In this document: one piece after another, positions 50,131 through 63,339 of the stretch
Layout: every line of letters starts with the position of its first letter
Position numbering within the stretch: the first letter of the stretch is position 1
The notes under the pieces: generated by a model
Databases searched by the model: none
The model's input: only the letters and a program-made list of their open reading frames with translations
What the model was told of the DNA's origin: nothing
Program-made: the position numbers and the translations under genes
NCBI GenBank assembly: GCA_043228905.1
Contig: JBHGNT010000011.1
Span: 248,001-312,000 of the forward strand
DNA length: 64,000 nucleotides
Direction of reading: 5' to 3'
From: Azolla caroliniana
Lineage: Eukaryota > Plantae > Polypodiophyta

Positions 50131-51641
50131 CAGGGCCTAAAATTGACGGGTTAGTCTTAAAGTTTTTTGACGGGCATTTTTTAAAGATGTATGTCATATG
50201 ACATAAGATTGCAAAAACTTAACATGTCATTTGACATACAAATTTTAGAAATGAAAAGCTCTATGTAATGTTACATTGTTATATATTTCATTGCTATAGA
50301 AAGTACACAAAGTTATACAAATGAACATAACTACCTCACAAAGATAATGAAATACGTAAAATAAATATCATGTTAATGTTTTTAAGCCAAAGCACAAACA
50401 AGATATTTATCGATAATCATAATCTATTCTTACAAAGTGGATACAACAAGCATAAAAAAAAATCATATAAATTGAATACTTAATCATCATATATTCCTTA
50501 AAGCCAAAAAAGATACAAAAATGTTTATCATATTGTAGCTCGTCATACTAAGCATTGTGCATTGTGTCCACTTCAATGGTACCATCCTCCTCTCTTTCTC
50601 TTCAAACCAAAGGTTAACTATACCCCTCCGACAAATGTTTGATATCTCTTGAGTATTTAAGGATATAAACATCAAAGCATCTAAAGTTTCCAAAGATAAA
50701 ACATTTCTAATATCATTTTTTATGATATTTTGACATGAAAAGCCTCGTTCACATGCCATTGTACTAATAGGAATAGTCATACATAGTTGCCACAATTGCA
50801 TCACACCCGGAAATAATTGCCACCAAGATTGTGCTTTGTGACAAATATCCCATGCATCATGCATTCCTCTTCCTTTAGCAATTCTTACAAGCATATCAAC
50901 AAAATCTTCTCGTTCATTGAAGTATCTTTTCATGTCTACAATTTGGTTGTCAATATTAAACTTCCCAATAAGTTTGTGCAACCATTCATTCATCTTTTTC
51001 TCTCTTTCATTTTCCTCAATGGGATATAAAGATGGATTAAACAACTTGACAACATTGAAAAGGGTTTAGGGTAATAACTTATAAGTATAAAAAAGATGGT
51101 TAGTAAAAGTTTTAGTTTTAACTTAAAACTTAAAATTAAACCTAGAGTCTACACTCTAGTATCTTAGAGTATTTAATAAAGGACTAATATTATTATTTAA
51201 AATTTAGATCGATTTGAGAATTTATATCATGAATCATGATTCATCATTACAACTTACAAGTTATATGATATTATTTTAAGCGTGTTTTTAAAAACATATA
51301 ACATATAACATATATATACATACACATACTGTATATATAAATTTATAATATTATCATATATATTAGACTAGACTCTAGAGTCTAGTATATTACACACTTT
51401 ATACTACATAGTTACTAGTTATTAGTACATACATATTGATATATATATTTATATTATATATATGACATGGAAAATAGAATTTTAGCATGTCATTTGATAT
51501 GTATCATTTATAGCGGCCTTTCATATGAAAAGGAAAAATTTATACTTTATATGTCATTTGACGGACATTTTTATTAGATGTATGTTTTTTACGGGCAAAA
51601 TGGCCTTTGACGGGCATGACACCCGTCAAATTTTTGCCCTA
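50131..51641 (-). mobile_element. hAT-superfamily DNA transposon deletion derivative (1511 bp) with TIRs, 8-bp TSD GATAGGAA and the transposase dimerisation-domain remnant (50487-51060)
   Basis: Left end CAGGGCCTAAAATTGACGGGT; right end reverse complement TAGGGCAAAAATTTGACGGGT. GATAGGAA at 50123-50130 and 51642-51649. Peptide TIPISTMACERGFSCQNIIK..LETLDALM. Confidence 0.93.
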
Positions 51642-51879
51642 GATAGGAAGGTGAATTGTTGGCTCCAAATTGGTGGATGTTGTACATAATCGCAATAGCT
51701 AGAAGGATAAACGCATATCAAATGACTTCTTGAAATCATTTTGGAGGAGACTATGGGCATTGATGCCCCACTATCATGATTAAGTTTGTGATGACATGAA
51801 GTTCACTAGATATTGAGATTCAACCATAAAATGCCCCAAGCTTGATCCCTACACGAACTTACAACCACAATGTGCACTC

Positions 51880-53200
51880 TCGAGTGCAATATTCATTGGC
51901 AAAGTTCTTGAACTTCGAGAGTCGCTACTCACTTTCACTGTTCACATATACCAAATGAAATGTAATATTTTTGGTCTCATAGGTCAAATTTGACCTCTGA
52001 AGATGATAATATAATCTACCTACCTATCTATCATAGGACAATTGAGCTAGTTGGATCATATGTATATCGTGGAGTCACTTTTAGTGGCCGCTCAGGTAGA
52101 TTTTCAATGACAAAAGTAGCCAAAGATAAACTTACGAAAGGATATTCATCCCTCTCGCTCTTAGAGGGACAATGCCACCAAGCATACTTTCAAGAGCGAT
52201 GGACTAAGGGGTGGCTCTTCCACTCATTAGTGACTTCATCCCTCGTGTATGCATTAGTGGTTTGGGCTCCATGGCTACCATCTTTCATGTGGATGCAATT
52301 AGAGAAACCATTGGTGATGATGTTATCGCATCAACTCCAAAGCAAATAAACAATATCACATGACATTATTATTGTAGTTGAGTTGTTAGTAGAATCACTT
52401 TTTTAACTTGTAGTCTTTATTCATAAGGTACATAACTAACCACAAGATAGGATATCTCACAAAGCTTTTGAGGTATCTCGATCGTGTATGAGTCTGGATA
52501 TACTAGCTCTTGGTATAACATGATGGGGAGTTGGATTTATGTAAACAACCTAGACATTAGCAACCTACCTCCCCCTAGGTACAACCATGAGATAGATAAA
52601 AATTTAATCTCTTATTATGATTGTAATAAAGTAATATGTCAACAAATATGGCAAAATTTACACTCGATATAAATGGATCACCCCACTAGAATCATCCAAT
52701 AAAAATTTGTGCACTATAAAGAACAATTCATGCACTTCTCTAAGTTAAGTTTTTTTACACAATCAAATATCTAGATAATTATTACCAAATGCACTGAGGG
52801 TTGTCTAAGTTAGGTTTTATTACACGACCAAAATATCTAGATACATTCTTACGAAATGCACTAAAGGTTGCCATTGGAGAACTCAGAATATCATCTCACC
52901 AACTTGAGATTGAGAATGGTCGTATTGATGGGGTCCGTAGAGAGGAAAGGATATGTAGATTATGTCACATAGAGATAGAGGATGAGTACCACTTTACACG
53001 ACAGTGCCTAACTTACGCTGGGATAAAGGAAAAATACCGAGACATATTTGGACCTCCTCTCACCCTCTCCAAACTATTAGATACTCTAGATATAAAGAAA
53101 TTGGGTAGAATATATATCTTAGAGCTAAAACAATATAAAGAGAATAAGCTACAAAATGGTAACAATAATTTTTCTAATATTCACTAACATGTAACCAATG
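51880..53200 (+). mobile_element. Degenerate non-LTR retrotransposon (LINE) ORF2 3' fragment
   Basis: End-of-RT-like YVYRGVTF and the C-terminal zinc-binding motif LRISSHQLEIENGR..RICRLCHIEIEDEYHFTRQC. Boundaries are approximate. Confidence 0.75.
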
Positions 53201-54352
53201 AAGTTTTTTAGGGATAGTGGGAGATGATAAATGTGGACGCACATGCACCACTAGGCATCTTCCTTGATGAAGCAGAAACCAAAGATGAACTAAATGCCCT
53301 TGGATGTCGAGTTTCAAAGCAACTTAACATGTTGTAGAAGCAATTAAGAAAATAAGGGAACATGACCTACACCACCTAGAAGCCATAGTTGATTCACCTT
53401 CGACATTAGGGCCATGGGCCACACCCACATCAAAACCGCTTCTTTTTGAGAGATGTGGATAGAAATGAAACTAAGCCTATTACAAAGCCATTTTCTTCAT
53501 AGAATATTTTACAACATAACATGTTTTGTACAATTAACTAGAACTCTTTTAGCTTAAGTTCTATTTTCTCTAAATGGAAAAAAATGGAAAAAAAAAGTTC
53601 TATTTTTATTTTATTTTATTTTTAATGATTAGGTAAACACCTTATTTCATTGTAAACCAATTGTCTCATGTGCCAAAATTGGCCTTAGAAGACGTTAATA
53701 TATCTCAGTTTCTTTCTTTCTTAGTCCATAATTCTACACCACACTTTCCTTTCACTCATTTATAATTCTTTATTCTCACCTTAATTAATTAGCTCGACTC
53801 TAAGATCCTCATTATACACATATACAGAATAAAAAAGTAGTATTGAAATTACACAAATTGCCCTACCTTTTGCTTATTGCCTTTTAGTTCTAGTTACCAC
53901 TTGAGTGAAAAAACCTCCACACTCAATTTAGCCCAAAACACTGTAGCATCTTTCCCATTACCTAACTACCAAGAAAATTTCAATGGTAAGGAATTCTAAC
54001 TCAACCCCCTTTCGTCCTGTTTGTGTTTTGAGTAACCTCATAGTATAAATACTGGCCTGAGACAAACGCTCACTCCAAAAACCTCAATCTCACTATGTCC
54101 ACACACATACACGTTGACACAAATTTCTTATCGAAACACTAGGTAAATTACAATATCAATTGACAATGAACCTTGGTTGCAATGGTAAAGAGCTTCAAAA
54201 ATAAAGAATAACATGATTCATACAAAGGGGATATTGTCACTTAGGATGGTTCAAAACTAATGGAATAAGAATTTATACACAATGTAAGGGAGGCCACATT
54301 CTTGACAAGTCAAAAGCATACATGTAGAAAATCAAGATCATGTATTCTTAGA

Positions 54353-56283
54353 TCAACAAGATATTGTATGCTTGTGATGCCCATTGCCGTGATTGAATCC
54401 GTAACGACATGTTTCGAAGGACCAACGAAGCGTGCCAGACATACATGACACCATTGTAGCCAAGTAAGCATTCAACTTTGGCTCCCTTTGTATCAAGTCC
54501 TCGTTATGTTGGATGGCATCAACTACTTTTGCACAACGAGCGTCCACACGATTTATCATATCCACCACAACTTCCACTGCATCTTGGAAGGACCCGGTTG
54601 CACCGTTCTCGTATAGGAGGGATGGAAGGTTGAAATTAAAACCGAGGGAAGCCTCCATGTGGCATGACACATTGTCGTTGCCCATCCACATGTAGTCTAG
54701 GGCAAGGTCACGAAACTCCTCGACAAGAGGGTGGAGATGGATGGGATCCTCGTCTAAACCTAACACATAAAGGACTAGCTCGAAACAAACAAGGAAGCCT
54801 GAGGAATGCCGACGAAGAGCCATATAATCCTCCACACGCTTGCTCATATCGCCTCCCTCATGCTGTGAAAATGCTTGATTGATTGTGGGCTGAAGGAAGA
54901 CGACATGAAGATGATCTTGCATGACCAATATGAAGCGTGACTGTGCTTGTGGAACGAGCCGAGATGACAATTTGGTCCATACTTCCCCCAATGCATCTAA
55001 TATGATTGAGTTGTTGGCATGGCAATCACTTGAATTGTCAAAAAGGATGACATTGTTAGGAGATTGTGGGTCATGGAGTTTAGAAAGAACCGATTGTGCC
55101 CAAACGTTGGTGGTAGAGGGAGGACCATGATCATGGAACCTCTTGAAACCATGACCTTTGGTACTGAGTAACAAGGGGCCATTGTCTTGTATGTCATCTG
55201 ACAAGAACATCCAAGCAATGAACTTGGTGACAATTTCGACATCGTGGAGGTTGGTTGCTTCTGGCAAGAGACGACACACATAGCGGGGAATGAGATTATT
55301 GAGGAGCTGCTTAGAACTGGGTCGAGCTAAATTAAGGATCCATGGCTCGCACATTATTAGAGATTAGGTACTAAAGTAAGCATAAAATAAGGATATATCA
55401 GTGATAGATCTAGAAAGAATAGAGAGAAAAGAGAGAAAGAAGGGTGCCGATCCACCCGACCACCCCCGAGCGAAGGGATCGAGACGGACTCGAGCCTCGA
55501 TCGGCGTCCCATACCACCGCCTTGGCGTCGAGTCGTACCTGGACGATAGCGCGCTTGCTACAAGAGTCGTTCCACTCACGGACAGAGTCTCGACGTAGTC
55601 AATGCATGCCCAAATGAGGGTAGCTAGGCCTCTTATTTATAGTAATTCTCAAGGCCCCCAGCCATGTTCACACTTGGCCTCATGGGTTGTCTCAATCCCG
55701 AGGATTAAAAGTAATCCTCCCCTTCTTTAGACTCTTTGTTTAACCCTCACACTTATCCACGTGTATAGAATACTACGACAATTCTCACCACGGGATATTA
55801 TATGGTCATGCCCGTAACACACATCATCCTCATAGTCTCGTGTTGCGGGTGCAATTTGGCAGGGAATGAGCATCGGATTGGTGGCAATGTGAAACCGGTA
55901 CCGTGAGTTGGAATCGATGAGTCACATTTGGTCCTCGCACTCTCGTACCGCCATATGAAACTGATACGTGGTGATGTGAAACTAGAAACTTGTATCGAAG
56001 GATCGTGCTCTGCACTCACATGGCCATAATTAGAGGGCCCTGTTGAGCACTGCAATGGTAACAAGTTGTTAAGGCTTTTAGCTCGGTTTAGGCATGGCGG
56101 AGAGTTGATTCCAATCAAGTGTGATAATGTGGAATGGGAGCCTTGGGCCCACTTGGACGCAAATCTCGCAAAGCCCATATTTAACCCGTGTCGCAACATC
56201 GTGGAGCCCAACCTCACGAACTCAAGATTCATGAGATCATTACTCCCATTGAGGATCACCACTGAAAATACCCTAAGCTTCAT
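54353..56283 (-). pseudogene. Intronless microbial terpene synthase-like (MTPSL) gene split by a solo LTR; 486 aa from the first ATG once the insertion is removed
   Basis: Class I terpene cyclase motifs: DDIQD, YMALRRHSSG (Arg sensor), NDNVSCHME (NSE/DTE) and WSFETCRY. The upstream piece PPIRCSFPAKLHPQHETMRM joins MCEPW in frame when 55355-55824 is removed. Confidence 0.88.
55355..55819. mobile_element. Solo LTR (465 bp) with TSD CACAT inside the terpene synthase coding sequence
   Basis: CACAT at 55350-55354 and 55820-55824; ends TATTAG..GTAACA (one terminal base mutated from TG). Confidence 0.85.
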
Positions 56284-56761
56284 GCCAAAATGTGTATATT
56301 ATTAATATGGATGTGGTGAGAGGTTTTAAGGTATGCTAGTTTTGAGAGGCATACATACTGATTTCTGTACAGATCACACTTTGAGAGACCTTTTATAATC
56401 ACGCCAAATGTCTTCCCCGTTTCGTCCAGTCCTACAAGTCTTTGTAGGCCTTAAACTCTAGTTATGACACGAATAGAATAGATTTCACAATTTCTTGTTA
56501 TGTAAAGGCATCCCTCCTTGCGGGGGAGTCGGCCGAAAAGTTGACTTAAGAGTCGGTTGGTCGAAATCGGCTGAGAAGCCGAAAAGAGTTTGCTAACCAA
56601 ATTTGGCCGAAATCGGTCGGAGGGAAAAAAGAATAGTCAATTTGCCGAAGAACCAAATTGGGGGTCGACTGACCAAATTCGATGAGAAAGCCAAATTCGA
56701 ACTTAATCAAATAGGAGTTCAGACACACATATACATATACATATAAATATATATATATATA

Positions 56762-57150
56762 TGTTAGGAAACAGGTCCCTCCGGATGGGAAGTGAGAAGA
56801 ACAGTAACTCGGCTGAGGCCGAAACCGGATGTGGAAGACCTGGCTACGGAAGATCCGGTGAGAACCGGATGTGGTGTACCTGGCAAGCGCCGGATGACGA
56901 GTACTCGGCAACAAAAGACCCGGTGAGAACCAGATGATGTGTGCCCGGAAAGCGCCGGATGATGCAGGCCCGGTGAGGAGTGCTCACCGGATGAAGGGAC
57001 ATATTCGTAAATATGTTTCTGAGAGTCCATCGGGGGCTATATTTGTAAATAGCCGAAAAGTCATATTAGTATAAATATGACTTAGGGCAAACTTTAGTAA
57101 GTAGTTGTTGTCATTCTTGTTGGTGCAAGAATAGAGAGTGCGTAACAGTG

Positions 57151-57203
<53 letters not shown>

Positions 57204-60200
57204 TGTTGCCTCTGTTGTAACCGCCGCCTGTGGCGAAGATCGTGAGCACGAGGTCGTTTCCTCCGTGAGCTCACTTTTGTAATCATTGTAACATAGTGAT
57301 AGTTTGCAGCCTGTGGGCTGCCGTGGTTTTTCCCTAGTTTGGGTTTTCCACGTAAACATACTGTGTACTCTTCTCTTCACTGTGTCGTGCATTTCATTCC
57401 CTTTTTTTGTGTATGATTCTAAGCTTGGCTGTGACCGAGTGTTGCGCATAGGGAGCGTGTGTTCCTGTCAAAGTGGTATCAGAGCGAGACGACACAGGAA
57501 ATGGACGATTTGTTGGGCGGCATGTTCAAGCTCACTGGCTCCAACTATTCAGTATGGAAGTTGAAGATGAGGGACATGCTCGTGGTTAAAGATCTTTGGT
57601 TGCCGGTTCAGTTTGGGGACAAGAGGCCGGACAAGATCGACGCCACGATATGGGAGGTGATGCACATGAAGACAACGACGTACATACGGTGCTTTATCGA
57701 CATGAGCCTATACAACAACTTCAATGAAGAGAGCAAGGCTCATGAGCACTGGGAGAAGATCGGCATTATGTTTCAAAACAAAAATGTTGTTAATCAGGTT
57801 TCGGTATTCCGGAAGCTAGTAAGACTCTGGTACCAAGATGGCTCCAGCATGGCGGAGCATATGAATGCCTTCCAGGGGCTGATACACCAGGCAACTTCAT
57901 TGGAAGTACCTCTCGCCGATGAGGTACTAGCGCTAGTCCTGCTCGGTTCCCTCCCGGAAAGCTGGGAGACGTTGGTTGTCACTTTGGGCAACGTCGGGTC
58001 GGAAGGGAAACGGTTATCCCTAGTAAGAGTGAAGTCGAGCTTGCTAGATGAGGAGGCGCGTCGGAAAGATAAGGATATGAGCCCCGACTCCAAAGCGCTC
58101 CTTACCGAATCAGAACGCGGAAGGCAAAGGAACCATAGTCCCCAGAACCGGGAAAAGTCGGGGACACGGTCAAAGTCAAGGGGGAGGCCTACTTGCTTCT
58201 ATTGCGGCAAGCCGGGACACTTCCAAAAGAACTATCGGCACTTCCGAAAGGACAAGGAAACTGACGGTACCGATTCAAAGCGGACACCGGACCGGAACGG
58301 TAAAGACCGGAGGGGGCCGGATCGGAAGGGAACGACGGCAATCGCGGCAAGTGAAGAAGAGTTGATGCTCATCACCGAGGAGAGTGAGCTAAACCTTGCC
58401 GGCAACGAGATGACCTAGGTGGTAGACTTTGGAGCGTTGTTCCACCTCACCCCGGACCGGAAATGTTTCTCATCCTACTCAGTCGGTGACCAAGGCTGTG
58501 TCCGGATGGGGAAGGAAGGTACATGTAGAATTGTCGGCATAGGAGACGTGTGGCTGTCGACAACAACCGGATGCAAGATGCTGCTGAAGGATGTCCGACA
58601 CGTTCCGGAGGTTCATCTGAACCTAATATCAGCCGGTCGGCTGGATGATGAAGGCTACACGGGTAGCATCCGGAACGGTGTTATGAAGTTTAGCAAAGGG
58701 AGCCTGATTGTGGCTCGGGCCCGGAAGGTAAACACGTTGTACCTGATGAATGCCCGGTTATGTCTGGAAGAAGTGAACATGGCATCCGACACTATCGGTG
58801 AGCTGTGGCACAAGAGGCCGTATCACATGAGTGAGAAGGGGATGAAGACGCTTGCAAACGACAACCTCATTCCAGTGAAGAACGTGCACTTGGAGAAGTG
58901 CACTGATTGTCTGGACGGTAAGCAAAACCGGACCTCCTTCCGACCAAGGCCACTGATGAGACGTAATGCACCACTGGAGTTGGTGCATATTGATGTGTGT
59001 CAAGTGGACACGAAGTCACATGCAGGATCGCAGTACTTCGTGACATTCATAGATGACCACAGCCAGAAACTATGCCGAAGACGCCGAAGACAAAGGATCA
59101 GGTGCTATCCGTCTTCAAAGAGCTCCACGCGAGAGTGGAAAGAGAAACCGGCCGGAAGCTGAAGGCGGTTCGAGCAGATAATGGAGGTGAATACCGGGGG
59201 CAGTTCGAGGTGTACTGTCGCTTGAAGGGAATCCGGCTTGAATTTACCATGCCGAAGACGCCGGAACTAAACGGCTGGCCGAGAGGATGAACTAGACCAT
59301 AATGGAGAGGGTCCGGAGTATGTTGGTGCATGCAAAATTACCCAAGAAGTTTCTGGCTGAGGCACTGTCGACGGCGACATATGTGATAAACAGATCACCC
59401 TCAGTACCCTTGGACGGAGACACGCTGCAGAGAGTATGGACCGGTAAGGAAGTGTCCTACCGGCATCTGAAGGTGTTCGGGTGTCTCGCGTACGTGCATG
59501 TAGCTAAGGACCGGAGAGGAAAGTTAGATCCAAAGGCCCGGCCATGCATATTCCTCGGTTACGACGACGATGAGTTCGGCTACCGAGTGTGGGACCCGGT
59601 TGACAAGAAGGTATTCCGGAGTCAAGATATTATCTTCATGGAGGACAAGATGCTCACCGACTGGGAGTCGGAGAAGAAGATAATGAACTCTGAGTCGATT
59701 GGTAAGGATCGTTTCTACGATGAGCAGACCCAACCGACAAGAGACCGGTTAGCACTCGAGGAACCAACCGGTTACGATGAGGATACTGAACTGGCAAAAG
59801 AAGAAGTAGAGGAAGCTGAAACCCGGACCGGCCAAGACCCCGAATCGGATTCGGATGAAGAGCAAATGGAGGAGCCGGTTACCGAAGCCCAAAGACGGAG
59901 ATATCCTCTCAGAGAGAGAAGGGCCCCCCGGAGATTTCCGGATGCAGAGCATGTGCTGCTAACCGATGAGGGGGAGCCAGAAAGCTTCGAAGAAGCGAAG
60001 GATGACACCCACAACCGCAAATGGTTAAATGCCATGCAGGATGAGATGGATTCCCTGCATGAGAACCATATGTACGAATTGGTGGAGTTGCCGAAAGGAA
60101 AGCGGGCACTTCGTAACAAATGGGTGTACAAGTTGAAACTGGGAGATGCCGACAACCCCCCGAGATACAAAGCCAGGATCGTGGTGAAGGGGTTCCAGCA

Positions 60201-61939
60201 AAAGAAGGGCGTGGACTTTGACAAGATATTTGCCCCGGTAGTAACAATGACCTCTATCCGGACGGTGCTGAGTATAGCGGCAAGCATGGACCTCGAGGTA
60301 GAGCAGCTGGACGTGAAGACGACATTCCTTCACGGTGACCTCGAAGAGGAGATTTACATGCAGCAACCGGAAGGATTCGTGGAGAAAGGGAAGGAGCACC
60401 TGGTTTGCCAGTTGAAGAAGAGCCTGTACGGATTGAAGCAGGCTCCCCGACAATGGTACCGGAAGTTCGACTCCTTCATGACTGATCAAGGGTACCACAA
60501 GACGCAGGCCGATCATTGCGTGTTTGTGAAGAAGTTCGAAGGAGGCGACTTCCTGATACTCCTTCTGTACGTGGACGACATGTTGATTGTTGGACGGGAC
60601 CAAGCCAAAATACGGATGCTGAAGAAGGCTCTCAACCGGATCTTCTCAATGAAAGACTTGGGTCCAGCAAGATAGATGCTGGGGATGCATATCATCCGGA
60701 ACCGGCGAACGAAGCAATTGTGGCTGTCATAGGAGAAGCACGTGAAAAAGGTGCTTCAACAGTTCAACATGTCATATGCGAAACCGGTCGGATTGACACT
60801 TCTGGTAAACTGCAAGTTATCTGGTAAGCAAAGCCCGAAGACGAAAACAGAGAAGGCTGATATGATGAAGGTTCCATACGCCTCTGCCGTCGGGAGCTTA
60901 ATGCACGCAATGGTGTGTACCCGACCGGATATAGGATATGCAGTCAGAGTGGTGAGCCGGTTTATGAGCAATCTCAGCAAGGAGCATTGGAATGCGGTCA
61001 AGTGGATACTCCGGTACTTGAAGGGCACTTCGAACATGTGTCTCCTATTCGGCTCCGGTAAACCTCAACTTGACGGTTTTACTGATTCAGACATGTCGGC
61101 TGATGTGGATACCGGTCGGTCTACATCCGGGTATGTAATGACATATGTAGGGGGAGCTGTTTCGTGGCAGTCGAGGCTGTCGAAGACAGTTGCATTGTCA
61201 ACCACGGAGGCGGAGTACATGGCGGCTGTGGAAGCCGGCAAGGAAATATTATGGATGAAGGACTTCATCGGAGAGCTCGGTATCTGACAAGATGAATACC
61301 GGCTCTATTGCGACAGTCAAAGTGCCATCCACCTTGCTAAGAACGCGACCTACCATTCCCGGATGAAGCATATCCAACGAAGGTATCACTGGATTCCGAA
61401 AAGAGTAGATGATCAGGAGTTCGCGCTGACGAAGATCCACACGGCCGAGAACGGGTCAGATATGCTGACCAAAGTACTGATACCCGACAAGCTGGAAGCA
61501 TGCCGGAAGCGGATCGGACTAGTAAGACATCCCATGCCGGAGTGAAGGGGGAGTTTGTTAGGAAACAGGTCCCTTTGGATGGGAAGTGAGAAGAATAGTA
61601 CTGATGAGCAAACTCAGCCGAGGCCGAAATCGGATGTGGAAGACCCGGTGAGAATCGGATGTGGTGTACCCGGCAAGCGTCGGATGACGAGTACCCGGCA
61701 ACGGAAGACCCGGTGAGAACCGGATGATGTGTGCCCGGCAAGCGCCGGATGATGCAGGCCCGGTGAGGAGTGCTCACCGGATGAAGGGACATATTCGTAA
61801 ATATGTTTCTGAGAGTCCATCGGGGGCTATATTTGTAAATAGTCGAAAAGTCATATTAGTATAAATATGACTTAGGGCAAACTTTAGTAAGTACTTGTTG
61901 TCATTCTTGTTGGTGCAAGAATAGAGAGTGCGTAACAGT

Positions 61940-61987
<48 letters not shown>

Positions 61988-62258
61988 GTCGTTGCCTCTA
62001 TTGTAACCGCCTCCTGTGGCGAAGATCGTGAGCACGAGGTCGTTGCCTCCGTGAGCTCACTTGTGTAATCATTGTAACATAGTGATAGTTTGCAGCTTGT
62101 GGGCTGCCGTGGTTTTTCCCTAGTTTGGGTTTTCCACATAAACATACTGTGTACTCTTCTCTTCACTGTGTCGTGCGTTTCATTCCCTTTTTTTCTGTGT
62201 AGGATTCTAAGCTTGGTTGTGACCGAGCGTTGCGCATAGGGAGCGTGTGTTCCTGTCA
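56762..62258 (+). mobile_element. Full-length Tnt1-like copia element with stops and frameshifts; LTRs 56762-57470 and 61556-62258, TSD ATATA
   Basis: TGTTAGG..CCTGTCA LTR pair; AAGTGGTATCAGAGC PBS; GAGTGAAGGGGGAG PPT; gag-PR-INT-RT-RH motifs. Inserted in an (AT)n tract. Confidence 0.97.
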
Positions 62259-62312
62259 ATATATATATGTCTTCTTATATATATGTATGAAATGACTTAA
62301 TATATATATACT

Positions 62313-62540
62313 AACAGGAAGAATCGTGCTTATTACCAGAGATAGTAATGAGATTCTATAAACCAAAATTTTGTCTCTTCCTTTATCCAATAAATCAGTG
62401 GCAATAATGATGATTAAGCCAAGAATCAATATAGATTCCGGAAGTATTGTCAAATCAACGAATGAAAGGGAAAATTAAGTTTTATTCGTAATGAAAATCA
62501 AGGTAATATAAGAAACCTTTCTATTATTGTGTTATGCGCA
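62313..62540 (-). pseudogene. ndhB: Nuclear plastid DNA fragment (NUPT): 5' end of ndhB
   Basis: Peptide LTILPESILILGLIIIIATDLL..YRISLLSLVIS resembles the NdhB N-terminus. The segment is absent from the homologous LTR at 3746-4516. Confidence 0.72.
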
Positions 62541-63339
62541 ATTGATTGAAGGGTCAACCAAGTGCGTCTGTATGTGGGATAACTCACTAGAAGTAAAACA
62601 GTGAGAAAAAGGGGGGAAAATATATATAATGTAAGTGAGTGCATGAGATATACATATATATGTGTGAGCAAAAAACGAGCAGAAATATAAGCGTGACTCA
62701 GAGAACGACAGAGTATATACACAGTAGTGGTTGTGTAAGTGCCATATCTCAAAAGCTGAGAGTGAGAAGAAAAGATGTGTGAAATAGAAAAGAAGAGAAA
62801 TTAAAACAGAGAAGCTAAGGAGGTTTCGAATGGGAAAGTCATCTACGTATTAGGGTTTGGAATGCTCATCTGAGATTTTGTGGTTTCAGAGAACATTCAG
62901 ACCAGATCAGGTGCTTTCATTCTATGGTTGTATTTTTGAATTCCATTATAGTGGGAATTTTCTGTTCCGTGGTTTTTCCCTAAAATCAGGGTTTTCCACG
63001 TAAATCGTGTGTTACTCCTCATTTCCTGTTTGTGTTTAAGTAGATTTCGTAATTTTTGTCTGAGTGAACACTTAGCATTCTGGTATCAGAGCATAGGTTC
63101 TAGATGGAAGGGGGTATGAGTGGTTTTTCGGGGATGATTGTCCTAAACTCACAAAACTACTCAGACTGGAAGATCAAAATGGAAGATCTCCTAATAGTCA
63201 AAGACTTGTATGAGCCTATAGAAAATAAAGATATACCAAACGGGGTAATAGAATCGGAGTGGAAAATTCTAAATAGGAAGGCGGTGGCAACTATAAGACA
63301 ATGTGTAGACATTAACGTCCTACAACATGTAGCAAGTGA

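Noticed and set aside
54353-55354. Bacterial or fungal contamination as the source of the terpene synthase
   Set aside because: The gene is interrupted by an LTR with a TSD and is embedded among plant retrotransposons, so it is resident nuclear DNA.
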